Shown here: positions 1 through 8,520 of the stretch, piece after piece
Layout: every line of letters begins with the position of its first letter
How positions within the stretch are numbered: the stretch's first letter is position 1
Source: a virus
Direction: 5' to 3' (one strand)
IMG/VR virus record: IMGVR_UViG_3300009509_000009
Span: 1 to 64,000 of that record
Length of the DNA: 64,000 nt
Notes under the pieces: generated by a model
Database searches by the model: none
What the model was told of the DNA's origin: nothing
The model's input: the letters and a program-made list of their open reading frames with translations, nothing else
Program-made: the position numbers and the translations under genes

Positions 1-642
1 CACCAGCACGTCGAGAGAGGTGCTCAGGAACTCAGTCACCTTGTCGATCTTGTTGGCGATCTTGGTGTTCTGGTTGATGATCTGGTCGAGCTTGTCTTCG
101 ATGGCGGACTTCCCGAGGTCCTCTTCCTCCTCTTCGCCACCGTCTTCGTCGTCATCCTCTCCGGACTCATCCTCGCTGTCGTCCTCGCCTCCGAGCTCGT
201 CATCCAGGAGCGCGTCGATGTCGTCGTCTTCTCCAGAGTCGTCGGAGTCGTCCGAGCCGTCGTCCTCTCCCTCGTCGTCGTCATCTCCGAGCTCGTCATC
301 GAGGATATCGTCGATGCTGTCGTCGTCTGGGTCTGTGGCCTTGCTCTTGGCCTTGCTCTTGCCGCCCTTGCCGCCCTTGGGAGCGAGGTCGTTGAGCGCG
401 ATCTCACCCTCGTCGAACTTGGTCAAGAGCTCATCGATCAGCTCAGAATCTTCAGCCTGCTTCACCTTCTTGAGAGACATGCCCATCTTCTGGTTCCACT
501 TGGCGCTTCCTTCGAGCTGCTCTCTGAAGGTAGCCCTCTCCGGGCTCTCCTTCTTCTTGCCGGGCTTCTTTGCCGCGTCCTTCTTCTTGTCGGGGTCCGC
601 TTTCTTGCCGGAGCCTTTCTTCTTCGCTGGCTTCATTGCCAT
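1..642 (-). CDS. Hypothetical protein, Lys-rich N-terminus and long Asp/Glu-rich middle (runs off window start)
   Basis: Not in the ORF track because there is no stop in the window. ATG at 642 follows AGGAGG. Reads MAMKPAKKKGSGKKADPDKKK...DDILDDELGDDDDEGEDD...; the listed + strand Ser-rich ORF is its antisense shadow. Confidence 0.8.
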   Translation of the reverse strand, partial: MAMKPAKKKGSGKKADPDKKKDAAKKPGKKKESPERATFREQLEGSAKWNQKMGMSLKKVKQAEDSELIDELLTKFDEGEIALNDLAPKGGKGGKSKAKSKATDPDDDSIDDILDDELGDDDDEGEDDGSDDSDDSGEDDDIDALLDDELGGEDDSEDESGEDDDEDGGEEEEEDLGKSAIEDKLDQIINQNTKIANKIDKVTEFLSTSLDVLV

Positions 643-660
643 GAGTTCCTCCTAGCCCTC

Positions 661-1053
661 CTAGGGCGATTCCTTCAGGTGATCCGCATTCGTCACGAAA
701 CATCCCAGCACGGTGATGTCGTGGCACTGATAGCAATCACCAGTGCAGTCCATTTCCAGTTGGTCTCTGATCTTGTCCCAATGATCTCTGATGAAATACC
801 TGAGACGTGATCTGTATTTGTTGACTTTGTTCTTCGGTGGATTGTCTGGAACGACACCTTGGAGTATCTCCTCCAACATTGACCGTTCCATGCCCATGTG
901 AGCCCCGCCATCTGGATTGAGCAGGCTGCAAAGCTGCACTAGCTCTGTGTGATTGCACTGACCTATATCCGAGAGATCGAATTTCGGCCCAGCATCAATG
1001 ATCTTGACAGCTTGTTGCTGCCAGTCAAAGAATGCTCTCTGCTTCTTCGCCAT
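661..1053 (-). CDS. Hypothetical protein with C-terminal Cys cluster
   Basis: Fits operon packing; C-terminal CTGDCYQC...C motif. Confidence 0.7.
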   Translation of the reverse strand: MAKKQRAFFDWQQQAVKIIDAGPKFDLSDIGQCNHTELVQLCSLLNPDGGAHMGMERSMLEEILQGVVPDNPPKNKVNKYRSRLRYFIRDHWDKIRDQLEMDCTGDCYQCHDITVLGCFVTNADHLKESP

Positions 1054-1543
1054 CTCGGGGCTCCTGTTCTCTGAGGATCATCTCTATTCGTGGGTTCTCT
1101 GGATCGCACTCCTTCTGTACGATGGTAAGGAAGTGATGCTTGTCGTCAACACCAATGATCTCCGCTACCGTATCCGTAGGTAACTTCGTTCTGTTCATGG
1201 TGTCAATCTTCTTATAGCGATACTTCGCCTGCTTGGGCCAACCCTTATTTTCGATCGCCTCGAAGAAGACTTTCACTACCAGGGTGTACCGGATATGCTC
1301 TCGGAAGGAGTACGGGTACTGGGCTGCGAGCTCTCCCACAATATCCTGAACTTCCTTCTTGTACGCCTTGCCCTTAGAGCTCAGGCGCCGGCCACCTACA
1401 ATGATGATCGTCTTGCCATCCTTGCCTGGTCTTGGTCTTCCGGGCATGTTCTCGTAGAGCTGGTTGTCGGACGGCGGCAAAGGCAGAGTGACCCACATGG
1501 TCAGCCTACCCTTGCCGTCGTATCCGATCTTGTTCTTCATCAC
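1025..1543 (-). CDS. rusA: RusA-like Holliday junction resolvase
   Basis: LPLPPSDN N-terminal motif, DTMNRTK (DxDNxxK-like), GVDD, C-terminal NPRIE. Confidence 0.75.
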   Translation of the reverse strand: MMKNKIGYDGKGRLTMWVTLPLPPSDNQLYENMPGRPRPGKDGKTIIIVGGRRLSSKGKAYKKEVQDIVGELAAQYPYSFREHIRYTLVVKVFFEAIENKGWPKQAKYRYKKIDTMNRTKLPTDTVAEIIGVDDKHHFLTIVQKECDPENPRIEMILREQEPRDGEEAESIL

Positions 1544-2121
1544 AGATCTCCGAGCTCTTCTGGTTCGCGCCGTCGCTTACCCTTCATCGAGCCGATGGCG
1601 TTGTCTCGTCGAGCGTCGTCGAGCTGTCTGATGCGGAACTCAACATCACGAGAGCAGGCGCCTCGCCCTCGCTCGAACTTGTCGACCTTGATCATGAGAA
1701 GCTGATAGGTCGCGTTGCATTCGGCTGCTCGCTTCTTGAGATGCTGTACCTTCTTGTGGATCTTGGCCTTGTCTTCACGGACGTTGACTGGACCCTCGAG
1801 AGTGAGCTTCACTTTCGTCTGGACGTTTCCAGCTTCGTGTTCGTACTCCTCTGCGAGGATCTTCTGGATGCGAGCCTGCTCTTCGGCGTAGGCCTTGATC
1901 TCTATGAACTCCCCGTGTAGATTTCTGATCTCCTTGTCCGACAGGGCCGCAATGCCCTGGGGTGGTATGGCAGGGATGTAGGCTCTCTTACCTCGCATCG
2001 GCGGCTCCTCAAGGTCGAAGCCCATCTGCTGCAGACGAGTGACGGCGCGATCCAGCACGCTCCTCTCTGACTGCGCAGCCGATCCGAGTTCCTTCAGGTA
2101 CTCTTTCAGCTTGGCTGGCAT
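1540..2121 (-). CDS. Coiled-coil protein, possibly UvsY-like recombination mediator
   Basis: Helical 193 aa between nuclease and resolvase in a RecA operon; function inferred from context only. Confidence 0.4.
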   Translation of the reverse strand: MPAKLKEYLKELGSAAQSERSVLDRAVTRLQQMGFDLEEPPMRGKRAYIPAIPPQGIAALSDKEIRNLHGEFIEIKAYAEEQARIQKILAEEYEHEAGNVQTKVKLTLEGPVNVREDKAKIHKKVQHLKKRAAECNATYQLLMIKVDKFERGRGACSRDVEFRIRQLDDARRDNAIGSMKGKRRREPEELGDL

Positions 2122-2122
2122 G

Positions 2123-2971
2123 TCACAACTCCGGTGCCCCGACGAGGGGCTCCCCCCGCTCTTTCGGCTGCTTCAGCGGAGGGTTGCAATCCTCGAGGTA
2201 GCCGCATTCCAGACAGTCATATCCGACCGCCTTGATGGGGTCCTCGAGGTTATCCGCCATCTCAGCGATTCGCACGAGGCGTTCCTCCAGCGGGTTCCAC
2301 GTTCTCACGTCGAACAAGTAGGGAAATGCCACCATGTTGCTGTCGTTCTTGTCGATGTAGATCACAACCGTGACAGGGACGTCTAGGCATCGCATGTACA
2401 TGTGGGTCTGCTGTATATGCGAGGCCAGCGGCTTACTGCCGAGCTTCTTGAACCCGCCGTCGGAGATCGTCTTGAACTCGAACACGATCTTCAATCTAAG
2501 CTGCTTGTCGCCCACAGTCACGATGCGAGTAGCTAGACCGTCAGCGCTGCCACATACGCGGAGCCTCTTGGCCTCTGGGCTGTTCTCCGGCTCGAAGGCG
2601 ACCTCGTCGATATACTCCCAGTCATGGTACATGGCATGGCTAGCGAGGTAGTACTGCATCATCTCATGGACGGCTGTGCCGAGGTCGAAGATACATTGTA
2701 GATGAGTGCCCGTCTTCTTCCGGGTGGTTGCGCCTATCAGATCGAGATAGAGCTTGAAGTCGCACTTGTGCGAGATCGAAGACGGGTGAAAGATGCGACT
2801 ACGCCTGGGCTTGTTCCACTGGAGGTCGCACTTCCAGTAGATGCCCTTTCGAGCGAGCTCCACAGCCCACTCTCTGATCTCGTGTATGATGTCCCATCCC
2901 TTGAGAAACTTCACGAGATCAGCTCGCTTGAAGTTCTCGAGGTCAGAAATCGTCAGCAGTTCCTTCGTCAT
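2123..2971 (-). CDS. Cas4/RecB-like PD-(D/E)XK exonuclease with probable Fe-S cluster
   Basis: HPSSISHKC, GTAVHE, GSADG, EFKT, QxxxY, C-terminal CLECGYLEDC. Confidence 0.85.
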   Translation of the reverse strand: MTKELLTISDLENFKRADLVKFLKGWDIIHEIREWAVELARKGIYWKCDLQWNKPRRSRIFHPSSISHKCDFKLYLDLIGATTRKKTGTHLQCIFDLGTAVHEMMQYYLASHAMYHDWEYIDEVAFEPENSPEAKRLRVCGSADGLATRIVTVGDKQLRLKIVFEFKTISDGGFKKLGSKPLASHIQQTHMYMRCLDVPVTVVIYIDKNDSNMVAFPYLFDVRTWNPLEERLVRIAEMADNLEDPIKAVGYDCLECGYLEDCNPPLKQPKERGEPLVGAPEL

Positions 2972-3290
2972 TGATCAACTCCATGAAGTCGTCCCATATC
3001 AGGACCGCTACCTCAACCTTCCGGTAGCCAATCTTGATGACTGGGTTTCGACCAGTTCGATGTGCTTCACCAAGGGCTTTCAGGATCGTGGACTCCTTGA
3101 GGGTGTACTGCTTACCAGAGACCGTGAACTTGTCCTCGCAACACCACTCCTCGTTTCGGAAGTCGCCCTTGACTATGCCACCGCCTGATTGGTAGCAACG
3201 ACGACCACTGACCTCCTCGGCTCCTCTCTCCTCCCTCTTGCGGGCTTTCTTTATGATCGCCCGCTTCTTGCTCCTCTTGCTCAGGCTCAT
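2943..3290 (-). CDS. Small PD-(D/E)XK nuclease, Hjc-like resolvase
   Basis: Start moved to MSLSKRS (ATGA overlap with recA stop); E...SGGG..KGD...EDK signature. Confidence 0.65.
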   Translation of the reverse strand: MSLSKRSKKRAIIKKARKREERGAEEVSGRRCYQSGGGIVKGDFRNEEWCCEDKFTVSGKQYTLKESTILKALGEAHRTGRNPVIKIGYRKVEVAVLIWDDFMELINDEGTADDF

Positions 3291-4501
3291 ATCTTGTGGA
3301 CGCAGGTGACCCCCGCCCTCCGCATAGTGAGCCAGTAGATCGCGTCGAAGATGCTGGAGTCGTTGCCGACCATCTCTACCAGCTCCTCCATTCCGCCATC
3401 GCCCTGGTTGATTACCTCGTCGTCTTGATCGTACATGAAGAACTTTGGATCCTTGATCTTCTTCGTCTTGCTGTCCTTCGTGCCCTTGATCTTGATGACT
3501 CCGTAAGAGCGTGCCGTGATGATGAGGTCGTAGTAGACGTTGAAGCCCCAGGAGAAGTAGTAGGGCACCTCTCCGGATGGGCCCTCGTGGCAGCCGGCTT
3601 TCCCCTTGGCGATCTGCCAACGCATCTGCTTGCCTATCTTGGTGTTCTTGCTGTCGCTCTTGGCTGTCTCGTTGCCGGCGGGCGTCATGTAGATGCCCTG
3701 ACCGTACTTCACCCACACGTCTACGAGCTTGCCGTGCTTGATGGCATAGGCGCCGGCGACCACCCAGTCGCTATCGAAGGGCGAGCGCTTGGCTCGGTTG
3801 GCCTTGACTTGGTTGATCGCCAAGACTGTGGTGAGGTTGATGTCACCGTTCTCTGGGTTGCAGTAGGCACTCCAGAGCTTCTTCTGGAACTCTGTGGCAA
3901 GGCGAGCTTCGGCGCTCTGTTGCGGCTCGTCATCGAGATCTGTCTCATCACGAGCCTTGGATACCAGAGCCGCCAATGAGTCGATGACTACGATCTGGCA
4001 ACGGTTGTCTTGGACGAGCTCGACAGCCGCCTGCAGTCGCTCAGCGGTGCTACCCTCGTCGCCGATGATGAACTCACCAATCTGATGCTGCTTGCGCTTG
4101 ATCTCGGACTTGGTCAGTGGCCTGCGCCCCTGCTTCTTGCGGCTGAGGTTCTCGAGCTTCAGCTCGTACATGCTCATGGCCACCTTCACGTCGTTCAGGT
4201 GCGCGTGGTTCTTGTCCAGACCAGTGAGCTCGAGGGTGAGCCAGGCGATGGCTGCGTCATCACCGTAGATACGCTGGCACCACCTGAGAGTCTGTAGACA
4301 CAGAGCGTTCTTCCCAGCTCCTGGTGGTCCAGCGATCTCTGACACCCCACCAGCGGGCCAGCCTCCTCCCATAGCTATGTCTAGGGATATGATGCCGGTC
4401 GGCCTGCGGAGCAGAAATGGGCTCGAGGAGTCCCCAGCCCTCTTCAGAATTGGCCTCTTGTAGTGCTTCTCCACTCGAGCGAGGACGTCATCAACCCCCA
4501 T
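3287..4501 (-). CDS. recA: RecA/UvsX-like recombinase
   Basis: TGIISLDIAMGGGWPAGGVSEIAGPPGAGKN, VVIDSLAAL, INQ; start moved to MGVDD (GAGGG RBS). Confidence 0.92.
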   Translation of the reverse strand: MGVDDVLARVEKHYKRPILKRAGDSSSPFLLRRPTGIISLDIAMGGGWPAGGVSEIAGPPGAGKNALCLQTLRWCQRIYGDDAAIAWLTLELTGLDKNHAHLNDVKVAMSMYELKLENLSRKKQGRRPLTKSEIKRKQHQIGEFIIGDEGSTAERLQAAVELVQDNRCQIVVIDSLAALVSKARDETDLDDEPQQSAEARLATEFQKKLWSAYCNPENGDINLTTVLAINQVKANRAKRSPFDSDWVVAGAYAIKHGKLVDVWVKYGQGIYMTPAGNETAKSDSKNTKIGKQMRWQIAKGKAGCHEGPSGEVPYYFSWGFNVYYDLIITARSYGVIKIKGTKDSKTKKIKDPKFFMYDQDDEVINQGDGGMEELVEMVGNDSSIFDAIYWLTMRRAGVTCVHKI

Positions 4502-4658
4502 CGGTTTCCCTCTTCTTCTCGAATGGTTCAGATCCACACTTGGGGCAGACCGGGGGCTGGCCCTCGACCTTCGACCCGCATTTTGGACAGACTCCCTTGT
4601 CCGCCGCAGTCTTCACGGTGGGGTCGTCGTCCTTCTTCTCGTAGCCATACTTCTCCAT
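4491..4658 (-). CDS. Small zinc-ribbon protein (55 aa)
   Basis: GGAGG RBS before MEKYGY; CPKCG...CPKCGSEPFE; contains KTAA. Confidence 0.75.
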   Translation of the reverse strand: MEKYGYEKKDDDPTVKTAADKGVCPKCGSKVEGQPPVCPKCGSEPFEKKRETDGG

Positions 4659-4669
4659 CGATCCTCCAT

Positions 4670-4978
4670 TCATTCGCCTCTGATCATCTTCTTTGCTTTG
4701 TCTCTCCACTTCCGTGAGAGGCGCACACGGATGGAGAGGTAGGGTTTGATCTTCCTTCTCTGCTTAGTGTCCTTGTCAACGAGTACCTTCCCTCTCACCA
4801 GCTTTGGATCGAGAGTGAAGTATCCTCGCAATTGAACCGGCTCCCCGATCAGTAGCTGCTCGATGATGATATCCATCAGGAGACCCATCACCATCTTGAG
4901 CACCGACTTGGGCAGCTTGAGCTTGAAGTACGGAGGCAGTCTCCTGAACAACTCCTCCGTCAGCTCTGATCTCGTCAC
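4670..4978 (-). CDS. HU/IHF-like DNA-binding protein
   Basis: MTRSEL start, helix-helix then GEPVQLRGYFTL beta-arm pattern, basic, 102 aa. Confidence 0.8.
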   Translation of the reverse strand: MTRSELTEELFRRLPPYFKLKLPKSVLKMVMGLLMDIIIEQLLIGEPVQLRGYFTLDPKLVRGKVLVDKDTKQRRKIKPYLSIRVRLSRKWRDKAKKMIRGE

Positions 4979-4986
4979 TGTCCACC

Positions 4987-7017
4987 TCAGACCTTTGCCT
5001 CTACCCAGTCATTTCCTGAGCCGGGCGCAGCTTTGAACGGAACCCTGAGCACTATCCCAGGGTTCTCGAGGTTCTCCTGGATGATTGGGAGGGCGTCATT
5101 GACGCAGTCGTTAGGGACCTCCCACATGGCCTCGTCGTGTACCTGGAGCAGCATCTCAGTGGAGAGCTCCTTCAGGCGCGGGTCGAAGTGACTTCTGATC
5201 ATCGCGCACTGCATGACGTCTGCCGCAGTTCCCTGGATGATCGTGTTGACGGACTTCCTCTCTCCGTCTCTCGAGGTCTTACACTTGTCGCACCAGCATA
5301 GATCACGGTGCTGAGCGTGAGCTCTGGCGAGGTGGCGCTCCTTGTCCTCCCAATCCATGATCTCGTGGAGCCAGCGGCGCCTACCAAGGAAGGTCTCAAC
5401 GTACTTGGTGCGTGCCGCCTCGTAGTAGGTACGCTGGATGAACTTGTAGGCGCCGGGGATACGGGCAAAGTACCTATCAATAAGGCTCTGTGCTTCATCC
5501 TTGGCGGCCCACTTCACCTGCTTCTCTGTCATCTCGGGGTGCTCTGCGGCGATGCGGTCGACGATGCCGATCTCACGGGCGATTGAGTTCGCTGCCTTGC
5601 CGTAGTTCATTCCGAAGCCGATCACCTTCACATAGTTCCTAAGCTCCCTGAGGTAATCGGCGCGCTCATCCTGCCAATCCTTGTCCTTCTTCGCTCGAGC
5701 TACATCATCATAAGGCTCGCCCCACACCAGCTCGACGTTTCCCGTATGGATATCCTTACCGTCTCGGATGTTCTTGATGAGGCCCTTGTCCTTCGAGAAG
5801 TGAGCCAGTATGAACATCTCGAGCTGATCATAGTCAGCTACGATCAACTTCTTTCCAGGAGGAGCTATGAACGCCTTGCGGATGTCGAAGTTCTTGCGGG
5901 GCCTGGGCTGGTTCTGGAGGTTTGGGTCTGAGCTGGACAATCGAGCGGTCTCAGCTACGTGCTGGTTGAAGGTGGTGTGAATGCGGCCGTCTGAGTCAGC
6001 GCGCTTCATCAGGCCTCGTACATAGGTACCGAGGATCTTGCCGAGCTCCCTGTACCTAAGAACAAGACCAGCGGCCTCAACTCCATTGGCCTCAAACTGC
6101 TGAAGCACCTTCACATTCACTGATGGCTTCCGCTCTCCGCTTTGACCTCCAGCAGTGTAGAGGAGCGGCTTGAGCCCCATCTTGTCGAAGAGGAGCTTGC
6201 TGACCTGTGGCGTAGAGTTTGGATTGATCACCTCGCCGCACACCTTGTTGAGCTGTTTGTTGATGTCCTCCATCTCTTGCTCGAGCAGCGGTTCCATCTC
6301 CGAGAGATAGGTCATATCGAGCTGGCACCCGCGCCTCTCCATGTCTAAGAGAACGCGCGTGAAGGGCATCTCGTAGGTCAGGAAGAGATACCACAACGAG
6401 TAGCCCCTCCATGTTACGACCTGATCCAGTTCCTTCTTGTGGTGCTCATAGAGGCGATAGACTGACCAGGCGTCAAGACTTGCGTAGTCGATCACATCCT
6501 GCGGTCTCTGGTCCCACGCCTCGAGTAGAATCTGGTGCAGGTCCTTCTTCGGCGGCTTGCGTGGCTTGCCCGCTGAGTTCCTCGGATAGAACGTCTGGGC
6601 AAAGGTGGCCATGCGCTCGTTGAACACCCGCTCATAGGTCTGCTTGAGGCCGTGCTCTTGATCTGGGTTCAGCAGGCGGTCCATCGTCAACGTACAGATG
6701 AACTCGCCGCCCATAGGGAACCCAGAGTTGGCGAGGATGTTCGCGTCGTATTTGATCTGCGAACCAATCCACGTCTTACGCGGATCAGCCAGCACCTTCT
6801 TGAAGGTTGGAAGATGTTTGGCTTCTAGGAAGTACCTGTCGTTACCTGTGGAGAGGGACCAGAAGACCACCACATCTCGAGAGATGTCGAGACCGGTGGT
6901 CTCTGTGTCCAATGCGACCAGGTCCACGTTCAGGAGCTTGTCCCTGAGCTTTCTTGCTTGCGCCTCGGTTTCAATGTGAATCGGATCAGGCCGACTCAGT
7001 CCCCATCTCAGTTTCAT
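4987..7017 (-). CDS. polA: Family A DNA polymerase (3'-5' exonuclease + polymerase, no 5'-3' exo)
   Basis: ExoI DTETTG, RLSSSDPNLQN, motif A ADYDQLE, motif B KVIGFGMNYG, motif C VHDE; start moved to MKLRWG (AGGAGG RBS). Confidence 0.95.
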   Translation of the reverse strand: MKLRWGLSRPDPIHIETEAQARKLRDKLLNVDLVALDTETTGLDISRDVVVFWSLSTGNDRYFLEAKHLPTFKKVLADPRKTWIGSQIKYDANILANSGFPMGGEFICTLTMDRLLNPDQEHGLKQTYERVFNERMATFAQTFYPRNSAGKPRKPPKKDLHQILLEAWDQRPQDVIDYASLDAWSVYRLYEHHKKELDQVVTWRGYSLWYLFLTYEMPFTRVLLDMERRGCQLDMTYLSEMEPLLEQEMEDINKQLNKVCGEVINPNSTPQVSKLLFDKMGLKPLLYTAGGQSGERKPSVNVKVLQQFEANGVEAAGLVLRYRELGKILGTYVRGLMKRADSDGRIHTTFNQHVAETARLSSSDPNLQNQPRPRKNFDIRKAFIAPPGKKLIVADYDQLEMFILAHFSKDKGLIKNIRDGKDIHTGNVELVWGEPYDDVARAKKDKDWQDERADYLRELRNYVKVIGFGMNYGKAANSIAREIGIVDRIAAEHPEMTEKQVKWAAKDEAQSLIDRYFARIPGAYKFIQRTYYEAARTKYVETFLGRRRWLHEIMDWEDKERHLARAHAQHRDLCWCDKCKTSRDGERKSVNTIIQGTAADVMQCAMIRSHFDPRLKELSTEMLLQVHDEAMWEVPNDCVNDALPIIQENLENPGIVLRVPFKAAPGSGNDWVEAKV

Positions 7018-7025
7018 TATCCCTC

Positions 7026-7313
7026 CTAAAACGTGTAGTGGTCCGGTCCCTCCTCGAGAAGCTCTTGGATGAGTGGACTTAGGTCTTTCTGTACGTAGCC
7101 GCTCGTTACTCCGAGCTCTGCCTTGAGCGTTCCGTCCCTGCGCCCGTACGCCAGGGCTGAGCAAAGGGACTCGTGCTCCCGAAGGAGATTGACTGCTCGA
7201 GTGCGCGCCTTCGGCCCGCTGAGCATTCCCACGAGATCCCTGAGCTCAGACCTGACTTCTACGAGCCGGTGGCGGAGCGTTAGGATCGCGCTCGGATCCT
7301 TCGTCCACCCCAC
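7026..7313 (-). CDS. Hypothetical protein
   Basis: Fills the gap between SSB and polA in the operon. Confidence 0.6.
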   Translation of the reverse strand: MGWTKDPSAILTLRHRLVEVRSELRDLVGMLSGPKARTRAVNLLREHESLCSALAYGRRDGTLKAELGVTSGYVQKDLSPLIQELLEEGPDHYTF

Positions 7314-7320
7314 GGCCTAC

Positions 7321-8520
7321 CTACACGTCGATATCGAGCTCGTCGTCGTCGTCATCGTCATCCTCGACTTCATCGACGTCTTCGCGCTCTCCATCCTCGT
7401 CGTCATCGTCGTCGTCTCCCCAGCCTGAGCTGCCGGAGTCGTCGTCCTTGTCGTCGTCGTACGTGCCATATGGATTGTCGATCCCCATGAGCTTGCTCTG
7501 CTCTTCGGGATCCAGCGGCTTGTAGTCCCACACCTTCTCGAGGTTGAACGGGATCATAGCCTCCTTGATCTTGGCCTTCAGCTCAACACTGAGGGGCTCG
7601 TAGTCGGGAACCTGCAGGGAGGACTGAGTCCCCTTGCCGGCCATGTAGACTTCGAGCTTGGTATTGAACAGACCCAGCGGAGTGGGCTTCCTGCAGCTGT
7701 TGCAGTGAGGAACCTCGATGAAGGGGCCCTTGTAACTGCAGTTCTCACAGTTGTGGGGCTCCGCGCGGAACTTGGCGAGCTCCTTCTTCGTGTCGAAGGG
7801 CTCGTCCTCGAGGTCCCTGAGCGTGGCTTCGCAGCTCGGGCACACGAACGCGATGGGTCTGATCTTCCCACCACAGACGCAGTTGCGACCGAGCTGCTTC
7901 TTGGCGATGTCACCGAGCTGACGAGCGTGCATCGGGCCGAGAGGCCAGTACATCCTCTTACCGAAGACTTTCTTCACGCCCTTCTTACAGAGCTTGCAGC
8001 GCTTACCGTCACACTCCTCGTAGTCTTGATAGGGCTTGCCCTCGTTGTCGGTCTTGTCGGAGTCGACCAGGTGGAAGTGGTCGAGCAGGACCAGACTGAA
8101 GACGTGGAGCTTCTTGGTCTGGAGCCACGCCGCCCCGTCGTCGATGTGCTTGCAGGACGGACACTTGTTGTGCCCCGGGACGATGAGGTACTGCGAGCCT
8201 GCGCGGTCTCTCCTGAGGCCGGCGGTGCAGCGACAGTACTTCTTCTTGGTGGCGTTGTAGTGGCGGTGAACGATGCCGTACCGCCGTTTGATCTTGAGCG
8301 TCTTGCCCTTCAGTCCCTTGGGATCCTGAAGAGCCATCTCGTACTCGCCGGGAACGAGGACGATCTGAACGGGGTCTTCGTCCCCGCTGGGAGGAGTGAA
8401 CCGCTGCGTCCAGCTACCTCCACTCCCTTTCCCCTTTCGGGGAGTCGCCGAGGAGGCGCGCAGCTGTGCTGCCTCCTCCATGTTCGCTAGCGCGTCTTCG
8501 TAGAACTCATCCATACCCAT
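7321..8520 (-). CDS. Putative gp32-like single-stranded DNA-binding protein with multiple Zn-binding motifs
   Basis: Lies between primase and polymerase; many Cys pairs; very acidic C-terminal tail ending DELDIDV; strong AGGAGGAGG RBS before MGMDEF. Confidence 0.65.
   Translation of the reverse strand: MGMDEFYEDALANMEEAAQLRASSATPRKGKGSGGSWTQRFTPPSGDEDPVQIVLVPGEYEMALQDPKGLKGKTLKIKRRYGIVHRHYNATKKKYCRCTAGLRRDRAGSQYLIVPGHNKCPSCKHIDDGAAWLQTKKLHVFSLVLLDHFHLVDSDKTDNEGKPYQDYEECDGKRCKLCKKGVKKVFGKRMYWPLGPMHARQLGDIAKKQLGRNCVCGGKIRPIAFVCPSCEATLRDLEDEPFDTKKELAKFRAEPHNCENCSYKGPFIEVPHCNSCRKPTPLGLFNTKLEVYMAGKGTQSSLQVPDYEPLSVELKAKIKEAMIPFNLEKVWDYKPLDPEEQSKLMGIDNPYGTYDDDKDDDSGSSGWGDDDDDDEDGEREDVDEVEDDDDDDDELDIDV

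Noticed and set aside
20-655. 211-aa Ser-rich ORF on the + strand
   Set aside because: Antisense shadow of the Asp/Glu/Lys-rich minus-strand gene, which has a clear RBS.
2123-2971. Cas4-like gene as evidence of a CRISPR-Cas system
   Set aside because: No repeat-spacer array or other cas genes; stand-alone Cas4-like nucleases are common in phage replication modules.
2943-3716. 257-aa ORF as listed, and the extended starts at 7164, 8610, 18399, 47264 and 55150
   Set aside because: The N-terminal extensions overlap neighbouring genes or a terminator; downstream starts with an RBS or translational coupling fit better.
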